From positions 1-28,966 of the IMG/VR virus record IMGVR_UViG_3300020045_002561: 28,966 bases of DNA; one strand, given 5' to 3'. The position numbers and the translations under genes were made by a program. Every line of letters starts with the position of its first letter. Position 1 is the first letter of the stretch. Positions 9,332 to 16,845 of this stretch are shown piece after piece. This DNA is from a virus (Duplodnaviria > Caudoviricetes). Under the pieces are notes generated by a model. The model saw only the letters and a list, made by a program, of their open reading frames with translations, ran no database searches and was not told the DNA's origin.

Positions 9332-9764
9332 TCGGTTGAATGATGTTTATACCTGTGAACCCTACGTTTCCTGAATGCTCCGTCTTCTGTTCAATTTCTT
9401 GCTTATCACGCCATTCTTTTGATCTACGGTTCTTTAGCCAGAATATAGCCGCTGTTGAATCTGGAGGGTATATTTTCCTAATTGGAACGTGAACTATACC
9501 ACCATCAACAACCTTTATTTCTTCGCTGTCATGCTCAAAACCTAAAGCTCTTTGGTATAGTCTATCTGCAACCTCCATGTCAGCGGTAAGCTTCCCTTTC
9601 TTTATGGACTCAAAAAATTCTGGAAACTTCTCTTTCCAATTGTTAATAGTCTGCTCTGTTACTTCGAAAAAATCCGCTAAATCTGCATCGGTTGCCCCTA
9701 ACTTACAAAGCTTCTGAGCTTGTTCATCATATTCAGGATTGTAATCTGTAGGTCTCCCAGCCAT
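9312..9764 (-). CDS. terS: Terminase small subunit
   Basis: MAGRPTDY...LADFFEVTEQTINNW helix-turn-helix and PPDSTAAIFWLKNR...WRDKQE motif; directly upstream of terL. Confidence 0.92.
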   Translation of the reverse strand: MAGRPTDYNPEYDEQAQKLCKLGATDADLADFFEVTEQTINNWKEKFPEFFESIKKGKLTADMEVADRLYQRALGFEHDSEEIKVVDGGIVHVPIRKIYPPDSTAAIFWLKNRRSKEWRDKQEIEQKTEHSGNVGFTGINIIQPNEPSSD

Positions 9765-9768
9765 AAAC

Positions 9769-9776
9769 CAAATGTA
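9769..9776 (-). promoter_or_regulatory. Bacteroidota -7 promoter element TACATTTG (packaging/late operon)
   Basis: Exact TAnnTTTG 4 nt before the terS ATG. Confidence 0.6.
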
Positions 9777-9817
9777 AAAATTTTTAAACGTAATTCAAAT
9801 TCTGAATATCAATTGGC

Positions 9818-10009
9818 TTATCGTTTGTTTTTACGCCTCTTTTGAGAATATAGTTTTTTGCTGACCAGCTTTTGATGAACCGTTACTTTAGGTTTCATAG
9901 CCTGGCACTGCTTAGATTCAAAGCTTACACGCTTCATTTTCTTGTGGTAGAAAGATTGGGCACTGACGTTGAATGAAATAAGGATTAGTAATATTGTTAG
10001 TGTTCTCAT
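9818..10009 (-). CDS. Small basic protein with signal peptide
   Basis: MRTLTILLILISFNVSA|Q followed by a K/R-rich mature region. Confidence 0.65.
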   Translation of the reverse strand: MRTLTILLILISFNVSAQSFYHKKMKRVSFESKQCQAMKPKVTVHQKLVSKKLYSQKRRKNKR

Positions 10010-10014
10010 AGTGT

Positions 10015-10332
10015 TTATAGCCTTTTAAGGTTCAATTTCAATATATTTATCGCGTTGTTATAGGCTTTGACTGAGCCGTAATTATAATCAGGTTCGCTAT
10101 CGTTTGGCATTTCTCTTTGTCCTTTCAGTTCCTCAAGTTGATCAATTGCAGATTGTATGATTCTATTCTTCTCGCTCTCAACAAACAAAGTAGTGGCTTC
10201 TTCGAGTCTGGAAATAAGTAATTCATTAAGTCTTTCAGATTGTTTATCTGATAATATATTCTTCATTGCGAACCAGTTTGTATACCCGTGCTTAACAGCC
10301 ACCTGATTCTTGAAATCTTCGAAAGTGTTCAT
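10015..10332 (-). CDS. Hypothetical phage protein
   Basis: 105-aa ORF, co-oriented and tightly packed. Confidence 0.7.
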   Translation of the reverse strand: MNTFEDFKNQVAVKHGYTNWFAMKNILSDKQSERLNELLISRLEEATTLFVESEKNRIIQSAIDQLEELKGQREMPNDSEPDYNYGSVKAYNNAINILKLNLKRL

Positions 10333-10368
10333 GGTTTTATGTTTTCATTTGTTAATAGGTTTTAAAAG

Positions 10369-10520
10369 TAGAGAGAAGAGGGACTCGAACCCCATGTTAA
10401 AGCGTTACGTTGACACTTTGCATTCATCCGTTTTGGTCTTTTAAAAACACTCAATTTTAGTCGAGTGGGTTTATCTTATGCCTAAGACTATTTATCAACC
10501 TCAATGAAAAACTTCTCTCC
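10369..10520 (-). ncRNA. About 150-nt tRNA-like structured RNA
   Basis: 5' GGAGAGAAG pairs with 3' CUUCUCUCU; T-arm GGGG-UUCGAGU-CCCU; internal helices GUUGAUA/UGUCAAC, CACUCGA/UUGAGUG and UCUUA/UAAGA. Confidence 0.6.
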
Positions 10521-10525
10521 ATATG

Positions 10526-10608
10526 TAGCGTTGGCAGGAATCGAACCTACGACCTTACGGGCTGGCAAAGAGTGCCAGTGGGGCTAATCCTCCATCCCCA
10601 TCAACGCC
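10526..10608 (-). tRNA. Atypical tRNA / tRNA mimic, nominal anticodon UCU (Arg)
   Basis: Full cloverleaf: GGCGUUG/CAACGCU, D-arm GGGG/CCCC, anticodon arm CUGGC-ACUCUUU-GCCAG, variable arm CC-GUAA-GG, T-arm GUAGG-UUCGAUU-CCUGC, discriminator A. Lacks U8, U33 and purine 37; no encoded CCA. Confidence 0.68.
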
Positions 10609-10612
10609 ATTT

Positions 10613-11026
10613 TTATAATCCTTTATCCTTCCTTAGCTTCGCCACCTTATCACGGTAGTCTAAAATCATTTCCTCCAATTCAAAACGCATGTATTTTTGT
10701 GTTCCGTGTGCTATAAATGCGAGGTGAATTTTCATTTCTTCAGTCAGTTTCTTACCCCATTCAGTAATATGAAATACTTTATTGTGCCGGTTACAATCTT
10801 GACATCCAGGTTCAAGATTTGGAAGATAGAACCGAGTTCCCATGTTATCTCGGTTCTCATAATGGCAACAATCTGCGTCTTTCCAAAACAGTTTTTCATT
10901 ACAGGATATACATGTTACCGTTCCTTCATTGTTTGCGGCCTTTAGCCTAACGTATTGACTCACCCATCCGTCAAGTTCATAACGTAATACCGAAAGGCTT
11001 TTATCTTTGTGTTTTGTGGTAATCAT
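10613..11026 (-). CDS. NinG/Rap-family HNH-like recombination endonuclease
   Basis: SQYVRL...CISC...DCCHY..R...TRF...N...CQDCN. Confidence 0.82.
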   Translation of the reverse strand: MITTKHKDKSLSVLRYELDGWVSQYVRLKAANNEGTVTCISCNEKLFWKDADCCHYENRDNMGTRFYLPNLEPGCQDCNRHNKVFHITEWGKKLTEEMKIHLAFIAHGTQKYMRFELEEMILDYRDKVAKLRKDKGL

Positions 11027-11139
11027 AGAAAATCAGTGTATTTTGTGCAATAACGAGGTAGTGAACCGTCAGGATTAACCAAATAACACTTCCATTCTTT
11101 CCATAATTTAGAATAAAGTAATCTATATCTCGGTTTCAT
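11023..11139 (-). CDS. Small hypothetical protein (38 aa)
   Basis: Manually read MKPRYRLLYSKLWKEWKCYLVNPDGSLPRYCTKYTDFL*; ATGA overlap with the NinG start. Confidence 0.5.
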   Translation of the reverse strand: MKPRYRLLYSKLWKEWKCYLVNPDGSLPRYCTKYTDFL

Positions 11140-11149
11140 CCTGTTCTAT

Positions 11150-11440
11150 TTAATCAACCAAATTAACCAACCATTTACAAAATGGAACCAGCACTCGAAA
11201 CACCATAAAAGCACTCGTTAAAATAAACGTAATGCCTAGAAATACCCATCCTATTGCAGTGTTTCCAGTGTACAAATTACAGGCTCCAAGCGTTCCAAAG
11301 ACTAATACAATGGATAACTGAGCGCGCCAATCCAGTAGCCATGCGAAGGCAGAACGATCGTTTTCAGCTCTGGCCTCCATTAGAAATTTGTGGTTCCTTT
11401 TGTGGTCGAAAGTTTTAACTTCATGATGTGTTGGCTTCAT
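11150..11440 (-). CDS. Small membrane protein (two TM segments)
   Basis: Two hydrophobic segments in the C-terminal half. Confidence 0.65.
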   Translation of the reverse strand: MKPTHHEVKTFDHKRNHKFLMEARAENDRSAFAWLLDWRAQLSIVLVFGTLGACNLYTGNTAIGWVFLGITFILTSAFMVFRVLVPFCKWLVNLVD

Positions 11441-11483
11441 TGGTTATTTTGATTTAGAGGTTTTGAATTTTACGTATGCGTTG

Positions 11484-11855
11484 CTAAGCAACTTTCATTC
11501 GAAGTTTTGCCGCTACCTTTTCTTTTATCAATAATTGTTCTTCTTTAGTTAGGCCATAACTTGTTAGTATCTCCTCAACCGTTGTTTCTCCTCTGATTAA
11601 TTTATTAATGTCATCAATCTGCCAAATAGGAACTCTCACAACTGTTGTTTGTCCTCCAACGTTTTTGTTTAATTCTGGTCTAAAAAGTTTTATTAATCTT
11701 GTTTCGTAATACCTAAGCATCAACTCGTCACATTTAATAAATCTAGTTGTATCAAAATCTTTATCACGATGACCGTAAAGTCTATCTGGCCAATGTATAG
11801 TCTGACCAATGTATACGATCTTTTTCTTTTTTATTAAAAAGTAGATTCCAATCAT
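11484..11855 (-). CDS. GIY-YIG nuclease-domain protein
   Basis: GIYFL...VYIGQT...R..H...E..LI...P.LN. Confidence 0.8.
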   Translation of the reverse strand: MIGIYFLIKKKKIVYIGQTIHWPDRLYGHRDKDFDTTRFIKCDELMLRYYETRLIKLFRPELNKNVGGQTTVVRVPIWQIDDINKLIRGETTVEEILTSYGLTKEEQLLIKEKVAAKLRMKVA

Positions 11856-11980
11856 TTTACCTTCTTTACAAGTTCCTTCAAAGTGTCCTGAATAAAATTC
11901 TTAACATCCGTGTGGTTGTTGGCTGCAAGTATTTTTAATTTCCTGACAGTTTCCTCGTCAAGTGTGATTCGCTTATCCAT
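11852..11980 (-). CDS. Ribbon-helix-helix DNA-binding protein (42 aa)
   Basis: Manually read MDKRITLDEETVRKLKILAANNHTDVKNFIQDTLKELVKKVK*; ATGA overlap with the GIY-YIG gene. Confidence 0.7.
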   Translation of the reverse strand: MDKRITLDEETVRKLKILAANNHTDVKNFIQDTLKELVKKVK

Positions 11981-12026
11981 ACACATAGGTACTTAAAGTA
12001 TTTTAGGTACACAAGTTTTACCCAAA

Positions 12027-12248
12027 CTATTTTCCAGAAATATTTAACTTCTCTGTTTCTGCCTTGAAATCTCTGTTCTCGTTTCGGAGCCGTTGCCATT
12101 TTGTTTTAGCATAGTCCCAGATAGCCTTTTGATGTTCTTCCGGTGTCATGTTACGGGCGATTAGCATTATTTCAGCTTCACGCCTGGCGACTTCAGGATG
12201 ATTTGACACGCTTCTGGCATCCGGTGCATTTCCAAAATCCTTTTCCAT
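12027..12248 (-). CDS. Hypothetical protein
   Basis: 73-aa co-oriented ORF. Confidence 0.55.
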   Translation of the reverse strand: MEKDFGNAPDARSVSNHPEVARREAEIMLIARNMTPEEHQKAIWDYAKTKWQRLRNENRDFKAETEKLNISGK

Positions 12249-12275
12249 GTTGTATTACGTAAAGATGTTGATGTT

Positions 12276-12533
12276 TCATTGCAATTCAGAGTCTATCTTT
12301 GTGAGGTTGTGGGCCTGACTCAGGCGATGGATAGAAGCGTCAAAATACTCCTTTCCTTTGTTGGTTATGTTACGGCTTTCGCCCATGACGATTTTACCTC
12401 CATCGATGGATTGAATAACCTGTTGCCGCCAAAATATAAGGCCGCGCCATTCAATGTATCCCTTTGTGTACGGGTTTTTATCCTCCCCGTCTACAACTTC
12501 TTTCTTTGGTGATTTTCTGATATATCCGCACAT
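12276..12533 (-). CDS. Hypothetical protein
   Basis: 85-aa co-oriented ORF. Confidence 0.5.
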   Translation of the reverse strand: MCGYIRKSPKKEVVDGEDKNPYTKGYIEWRGLIFWRQQVIQSIDGGKIVMGESRNITNKGKEYFDASIHRLSQAHNLTKIDSELQ

Positions 12534-12537
12534 AGTT

Positions 12538-12720
12538 TTAAGGGTTAAATTGTCTAACTAGTTCTTCAGTTGCCCGTACTGTTCCGATGAAAAGCGCAAT
12601 AGCGATCAATAGACCTATCAGAATTGACGCTCCTACCATTATTTTAGCTTTCCTTGGGAATGTTCGCTCTGAGTATTCCCGCGCTACCTTGCGGTTATAA
12701 ATGTGGTCTGCGCGATTCAT
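12538..12720 (-). CDS. Small single-TM protein
   Basis: Likely start MNRADH at 12720, overlapping the upstream stop; one hydrophobic segment. Confidence 0.55.
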   Translation of the reverse strand: MNRADHIYNRKVAREYSERTFPRKAKIMVGASILIGLLIAIALFIGTVRATEELVRQFNP

Positions 12721-12947
12721 GCTAATTTCCGTTTTGGTGCTTCTACCCAATATCTCAAATACCTGGTTCCGGGCTTGCGCTCGCTTTTGATTACGAGGTT
12801 GTAATCCCGCTTAAGCTCGCCTAAACGAGTGCTTAACTTCATTGTCCCAAACTTTCGTAAAGCCTGGATAGCATCAATCTTATTGAATGTTCCGTAGAGG
12901 TACTCCAATAGCTGTCCTTTCTGGGTTTCGTTAGTTGTCTGTTTCAT
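12717..12947 (-). CDS. Winged helix-turn-helix protein
   Basis: LLEYL...IDAIQALRKFGTMKLSTRLGELKR...RYW pattern of small phage HTH proteins. Confidence 0.75.
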   Translation of the reverse strand: MKQTTNETQKGQLLEYLYGTFNKIDAIQALRKFGTMKLSTRLGELKRDYNLVIKSERKPGTRYLRYWVEAPKRKLA

Positions 12948-12967
12948 AGTCAGTTTTGTTTAAAAAG

Positions 12968-13483
12968 TTAAAATAATTCGCTTTTTGTTTTACGTTCAAC
13001 CGTTATAATTGTATCGTTATGCCATCCGCCATGCGGAACTAAAAGAACTTCAATTATTTCGAACCCATATTTCATTCCTATACCTCCGCTATTCCATCCG
13101 AACGTTATACATAAACCTCCTTGTTTTACAATACGTCCAATCTCTTTCTTTTGATCGCTCCAATAACTGGCCTGTGTGGTCTGCATGTTTACAGTCTTTC
13201 CAAATTGCTTGTATACTTCCGAAACCTGCCGTGGAGAGTAAGGAGGATCGTATAATACTAAATCAGTTGAATCACGGGCAAACAATTTAAGGAAGTCAAT
13301 AGCGTCCAGATTGTAGGTAGTTTCAAATTCTGGGTTCAAATCGTTGGTTATACTGGCAATCTTGTTACGATTAGCGAATGGATCAATGCTGTTTTTATGA
13401 TAGTACCGGCCAATCAATTCAGCAATCGGTTTAATATCAAAAGTGTTTCTATTCGGCATTGCCCAAACTCTGTTAAACTTCAT
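12968..13483 (-). CDS. Amino (N6-A/N4-C) DNA methyltransferase
   Basis: IDPFA SAM-binding motif and catalytic DPPY; probable start MKFNRVWAMPN at 13483 rather than 13531. Confidence 0.85.
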   Translation of the reverse strand: MKFNRVWAMPNRNTFDIKPIAELIGRYYHKNSIDPFANRNKIASITNDLNPEFETTYNLDAIDFLKLFARDSTDLVLYDPPYSPRQVSEVYKQFGKTVNMQTTQASYWSDQKKEIGRIVKQGGLCITFGWNSGGIGMKYGFEIIEVLLVPHGGWHNDTIITVERKTKSELF

Positions 13484-13518
13484 ATTTTCAATTATTAGTC
13501 TCTCACTAGGGGTGAAAA

Positions 13519-14085
13519 TTAACAAGAGCATGAAAAGTAATGATCTCTATCACCACGTTTACCGGTAATGGTTTCCCAATGATTCCACCATTCATTATCA
13601 ATAAATTCATCGGCTGATTCATAAGGGCCAAGATGATACTCGTGACCGGCTTTAATAGCATTTGCATAAGCTTGTTCATCCGATACATTTTCGTTATCGC
13701 CATAGTAATCCGCGCTCATGTGTTCTTTAGCCCATGCCATCATCCATTTTACTGAATCTTGATTTTCGGCTGGGGTTTCTTCTGGAAAATCTGGATGGCT
13801 CCAAACGTGACGAAGTGAAGTGATTTGTCGCGGGTAAACGATTAGCCAAAACTTTTCACCGGGCGAAACGGTATCAGTCAAAAACGGGTCAACGATACCC
13901 AAAAATTTTACCCCATCGGCGTATGCCTTACCGTCCCTGATTCCAATGTTAGAACCTGGATAAAGTGCCATGCCTGCAATAACAGGTTCAACCGCTAAAT
14001 GAATAGCGTCCCGACCTCCATCGGTAATAATTGTTCCAAGTGTCGCTAATGCGTCGGTGTTTACTGATCTTTTTTCTGCGTTCAT
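13519..14085 (-). CDS. Hypothetical phage protein
   Basis: RDAIHLAVEPV, GIVDPFL, ITSLRHVWSHPDF motifs and terminal FSCSC. Confidence 0.75.
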   Translation of the reverse strand: MNAEKRSVNTDALATLGTIITDGGRDAIHLAVEPVIAGMALYPGSNIGIRDGKAYADGVKFLGIVDPFLTDTVSPGEKFWLIVYPRQITSLRHVWSHPDFPEETPAENQDSVKWMMAWAKEHMSADYYGDNENVSDEQAYANAIKAGHEYHLGPYESADEFIDNEWWNHWETITGKRGDRDHYFSCSC

Positions 14086-14153
14086 ATCTCAATGGTTTAG
14101 TTGGTTAAATGTTTCTTCGTCAAAAATTAGTGTTTATTCCAGGAGTAAAAAGG

Positions 14154-14336
14154 TTAATCCTTACAAAGTTCTAAAAGCTCATCATATCGCTTTCTTTCGG
14201 CAGGTGTGAACGAATCAATGTGCCTCATCATCATTGTTCCAAGCTCTGCCATTAGGTCAAATTTTGGATTCTTTGCCTTGAGCCTTGCGAGTAGCTTCTC
14301 TGCTTTGGATTCAAATTCTGGATCGTGTATGTTCAT
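14154..14336 (-). CDS. Hypothetical protein
   Basis: 60-aa co-oriented ORF. Confidence 0.55.
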   Translation of the reverse strand: MNIHDPEFESKAEKLLARLKAKNPKFDLMAELGTMMMRHIDSFTPAERKRYDELLELCKD

Positions 14337-14367
14337 CTTTCCTTTTTTAGTTATGTGGTATCAAATC

Positions 14368-14721
14368 TTAAAAATCTATTCCGGTAAATACTGATGCTCT
14401 TTTTTGATGTTCACATTCTTTTGGCATCGGTATTTGGTCTTCAAATGTTTCAGGGAAGCGACTAGGTAAATCAAGTCTTTCTGCCTTTGTTGGGTAAATG
14501 CCAACGTTTAGTTTGCTGCATAAGAATGATTTAAACCGGCTTACACCATAATCTCGCTCTACCTCAATTGAATCCTCTTTACAGTATGTGCAATCATAAC
14601 ACGCCTTGAAATTAACGGGATTCTTTGCGCAATACTTTTCATGCTTAATCGCGGCCTGACCTATTACATATTTCTTGCGGCAATATTCACACGTATAAAC
14701 CATTCTCAATTTAACTTCCAT
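14368..14721 (-). CDS. Cys-rich Zn-finger-like protein
   Basis: CEYC...HEKYC and CYDCTYC. Confidence 0.7.
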   Translation of the reverse strand: MEVKLRMVYTCEYCRKKYVIGQAAIKHEKYCAKNPVNFKACYDCTYCKEDSIEVERDYGVSRFKSFLCSKLNVGIYPTKAERLDLPSRFPETFEDQIPMPKECEHQKRASVFTGIDF

Positions 14722-14725
14722 ATCT

Positions 14726-14908
14726 TTAATTCTTTTCGTTATACTTTAATCGCCATGCTTTTTCCATTCCAGTGATGGGAGGAATGTTGTTTTTTTCGTT
14801 TTCCTTCCACTTTTTAATTAGCTCCTTTGGAGTTTTGGCCTTACCTTTTCCGACCCGCGACCCGTAACTACCGTTAAAATCACCATCAATAAAAATCTTG
14901 TCGTCCAT
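14726..14908 (-). CDS. Hypothetical protein
   Basis: 60-aa co-oriented ORF. Confidence 0.5.
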   Translation of the reverse strand: MDDKIFIDGDFNGSYGSRVGKGKAKTPKELIKKWKENEKNNIPPITGMEKAWRLKYNEKN

Positions 14909-14935
14909 ATCTTTAAATCTTAATTACTTGCCTAC

Positions 14936-15727
14936 TTAATTACGCCTAGTCTTTGCGTTGGTTGGATACGTTATAATGTTTACCATTTCACGAAGCCTAT
15001 CGGTTACACGCGTTCCATACTGTGATTTAATATTTTCAGCCGTTAGATTAGTCGTGAAGTGTGTTGAAAGCATAGGTAAGTTATTATCGTAACGGTTAAG
15101 AATCAATTCAGCCATTACGTTTTTTTCTTTACCGTAGTGTTTCCCGTTGGCCTCTGTTCCAAGATCATCGAAACATAAACCTATTTCCTGGTGTCCGAAA
15201 TAATCTGAGTTACTTGCAATCGGAATGTTAGCAGAAAGTTTATCTAACCACTCATCACCAAAGGCCGCGTAATTTGTTTCAACATCCCGGCATGAATCAA
15301 CCCGGTAACTCATGCGCTGGTTTTTGATGAAGAACTTCATTATAGAAGTTTTACCAATCCCAACCCCTCCCATCAAAAGCAATCCTTTGTTCAGGTCGCC
15401 TTTGAAAGCGCTATCCCCTGAGAAGTACAAACAGATTTGATGCACTGGAATCCGGTTTGAATCATCAATTGTATACTGCATTTCGTACAGGTTAACCAGT
15501 TCATCGAAAGAAAACGATTTAATTGCCCGATCCGCTTTAATCCTTGCGTTATAGGCTTCTTTCTTCAATCGTAGGTCTTTCTGTTCCCTTGCCAGCCTTA
15601 GCCCTTCCTGAGTTTCCTCATCGCTTAATTCAATATTATCAAAGTTGTCCAAAATCTTTTCCTTCTTCAATTGTGGCGTCAGCTCGTCTAATCGTTGCCT
15701 GAGCATGTTTCCCGAAAGTGGTTCCAT
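14936..15727 (-). CDS. DnaC/IstB-like AAA+ ATPase (helicase loader)
   Basis: GGVGIGKT Walker A, CFDDLGTE Walker B, TTNL, YGTRVTDRLREM. Confidence 0.9.
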   Translation of the reverse strand: MEPLSGNMLRQRLDELTPQLKKEKILDNFDNIELSDEETQEGLRLAREQKDLRLKKEAYNARIKADRAIKSFSFDELVNLYEMQYTIDDSNRIPVHQICLYFSGDSAFKGDLNKGLLLMGGVGIGKTSIMKFFIKNQRMSYRVDSCRDVETNYAAFGDEWLDKLSANIPIASNSDYFGHQEIGLCFDDLGTEANGKHYGKEKNVMAELILNRYDNNLPMLSTHFTTNLTAENIKSQYGTRVTDRLREMVNIITYPTNAKTRRN

Positions 15728-16382
15728 TGTTTGTATTGTTGTTTATTTCAAATAATCCTATCCATCCTTTTTCAATTGACCTGTTAATTATTGCTATCGC
15801 TTCCGGATCGGCCCGCCCCCCCAGGAATTGCATTTGTTTTTTTGCTGTTGATGGCGTTAGTTTTTTCTTTTTTTCTTTTAAGTATTGCTCCCATTCTTCC
15901 CATGCAACTAAACATCCATTCACAAAAGGAACATCGTAGGCGCGAGCCGGTTCTCTCTTCTTTTCTTCTTTCTTCTTATTCTCTTCTACTCTCTTCTCTT
16001 CTGTTGGGTTTGGTTGAACAACAGTTAACAGTGGTTGAACAGTTGTTGACTGTTGTTTCCGTAAAGCCCTCATTTCAGCCGATTTAAGCCCCTTCAAAGA
16101 ATTTTGTTTTGAAACAAGTGCACACTCTTCAAGCTGTGAATCAAGAAACTTTATAAAAATGTAGTCTGAATCTACCCCGATTATTCTCTTTTCATGCAGT
16201 AGTGAAATTTGATCTTTACCAAAATCAAGGCAAGCATCTTCATAGCTTAGCTCCCCTAGCTTATGCCAGTACTTGCAACAAAGGTTTATAAATATGGCTT
16301 GCGTATCGAGTGGTTGCCGCTGTATCCTACCAGCCATCCATTCAGACGGTTCGAACTTGAAGAACGGTAATTCCTTAGCCAC
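15639..16382 (-). CDS. Replication initiator protein (lambda O-like)
   Basis: MAKELPFFKFEPSEW N-terminus, low-complexity linker containing iterons, C-terminal WEEWEQY...SIEKGWIGLF; directly upstream of the loader. Confidence 0.82.
   Translation of the reverse strand: MAKELPFFKFEPSEWMAGRIQRQPLDTQAIFINLCCKYWHKLGELSYEDACLDFGKDQISLLHEKRIIGVDSDYIFIKFLDSQLEECALVSKQNSLKGLKSAEMRALRKQQSTTVQPLLTVVQPNPTEEKRVEENKKKEEKKREPARAYDVPFVNGCLVAWEEWEQYLKEKKKKLTPSTAKKQMQFLGGRADPEAIAIINRSIEKGWIGLFEINNNTNNGTTFGKHAQATIRRADATIEEGKDFGQL
15950..16056. repeat. Putative replication origin: iterons plus purine/pyrimidine tract
   Basis: TGGTTGAACA at 16011 and 16032 (21-bp period), GTTAACAG/GTTGACTG variants, and an adjacent ~50-bp CT-rich tract. 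Confidence 0.6.
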
Positions 16383-16635
16383 GTGAAATGCGTTTACGTT
16401 TTGGCCTATAGATATTTTTTAACACCTCGTCAATCATCGGGGTGTAACAGTCATTGTAATCCCAAACCTTAGCCTCGCCAACTGGTTCTATCTGATCTAC
16501 TTTAATTCTGGCGTATGAAGTTGGTGAACCTTCAGCCGCAACAAAATATTCAGACACAGCCTCACCGGCTGCTGATATTTTACTTTTGTCGTAAGGAAGT
16601 TCAAGGATTTGTAATCGTTCGAATACGGTAGCCAT
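16375..16635 (-). CDS. Hypothetical protein, first gene of the replication unit
   Basis: 86 aa; overlaps the initiator start. Confidence 0.65.
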   Translation of the reverse strand: MATVFERLQILELPYDKSKISAAGEAVSEYFVAAEGSPTSYARIKVDQIEPVGEAKVWDYNDCYTPMIDEVLKNIYRPKRKRISRG

Positions 16636-16641
16636 AGAAAC

Positions 16642-16747
16642 AAAAATGCCAGCGAAGTGTGAGACAGGCTGGCGTTTTCAAATGGTTGTAGCAAATATCA
16701 ATGAGTCTCACCTCCATAAATATCTGCCTGAATGATGAACAAATTTA
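16642..16747 (-). promoter_or_regulatory. Promoter plus structured leader/attenuator
   Basis: TAAATTTG at 16747-16740; GUGAGAC at 16711-16705 is complementary to GUCUCAC in the loop of a GCCAGC/GCUGGC hairpin followed by AUUUUUGUUU. Confidence 0.6.
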
Positions 16748-16792
16748 TAAAATTATCTATACGTTGTTTACTTCCGAGAGAAATTTATTTTT

Positions 16793-16822
16793 AAAAAATG
16801 GGGTAGACCAGTTGCCTACCCC
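16793..16822 (-). terminator. Intrinsic terminator
   Basis: GGGGUAGG-CAACUGG-UCUACCCC followed by AUUUUUU, just after the 16846 stop. Confidence 0.75.
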
Positions 16823-16845
16823 GGATAGTCAATGGGTGCAAGTGG

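Noticed and set aside
10369-10520. tmRNA or intron-containing tRNA
   Set aside because: Too short for tmRNA, with no G3-U70 and no tag ORF; no group I core or bulge-helix-bulge motif recognised. Kept as an unclassified tRNA-like RNA.
10369-10608. tRNA fragments as an attP/att site
   Set aside because: No integrase nearby, no duplicated 3' end, and the elements lie in the middle of a co-oriented operon.
15860-15880. A-rich run in the initiator gene as a frameshift site
   Set aside because: It encodes KEKKKK within a domain that continues in frame; no orphan downstream frame needs it.
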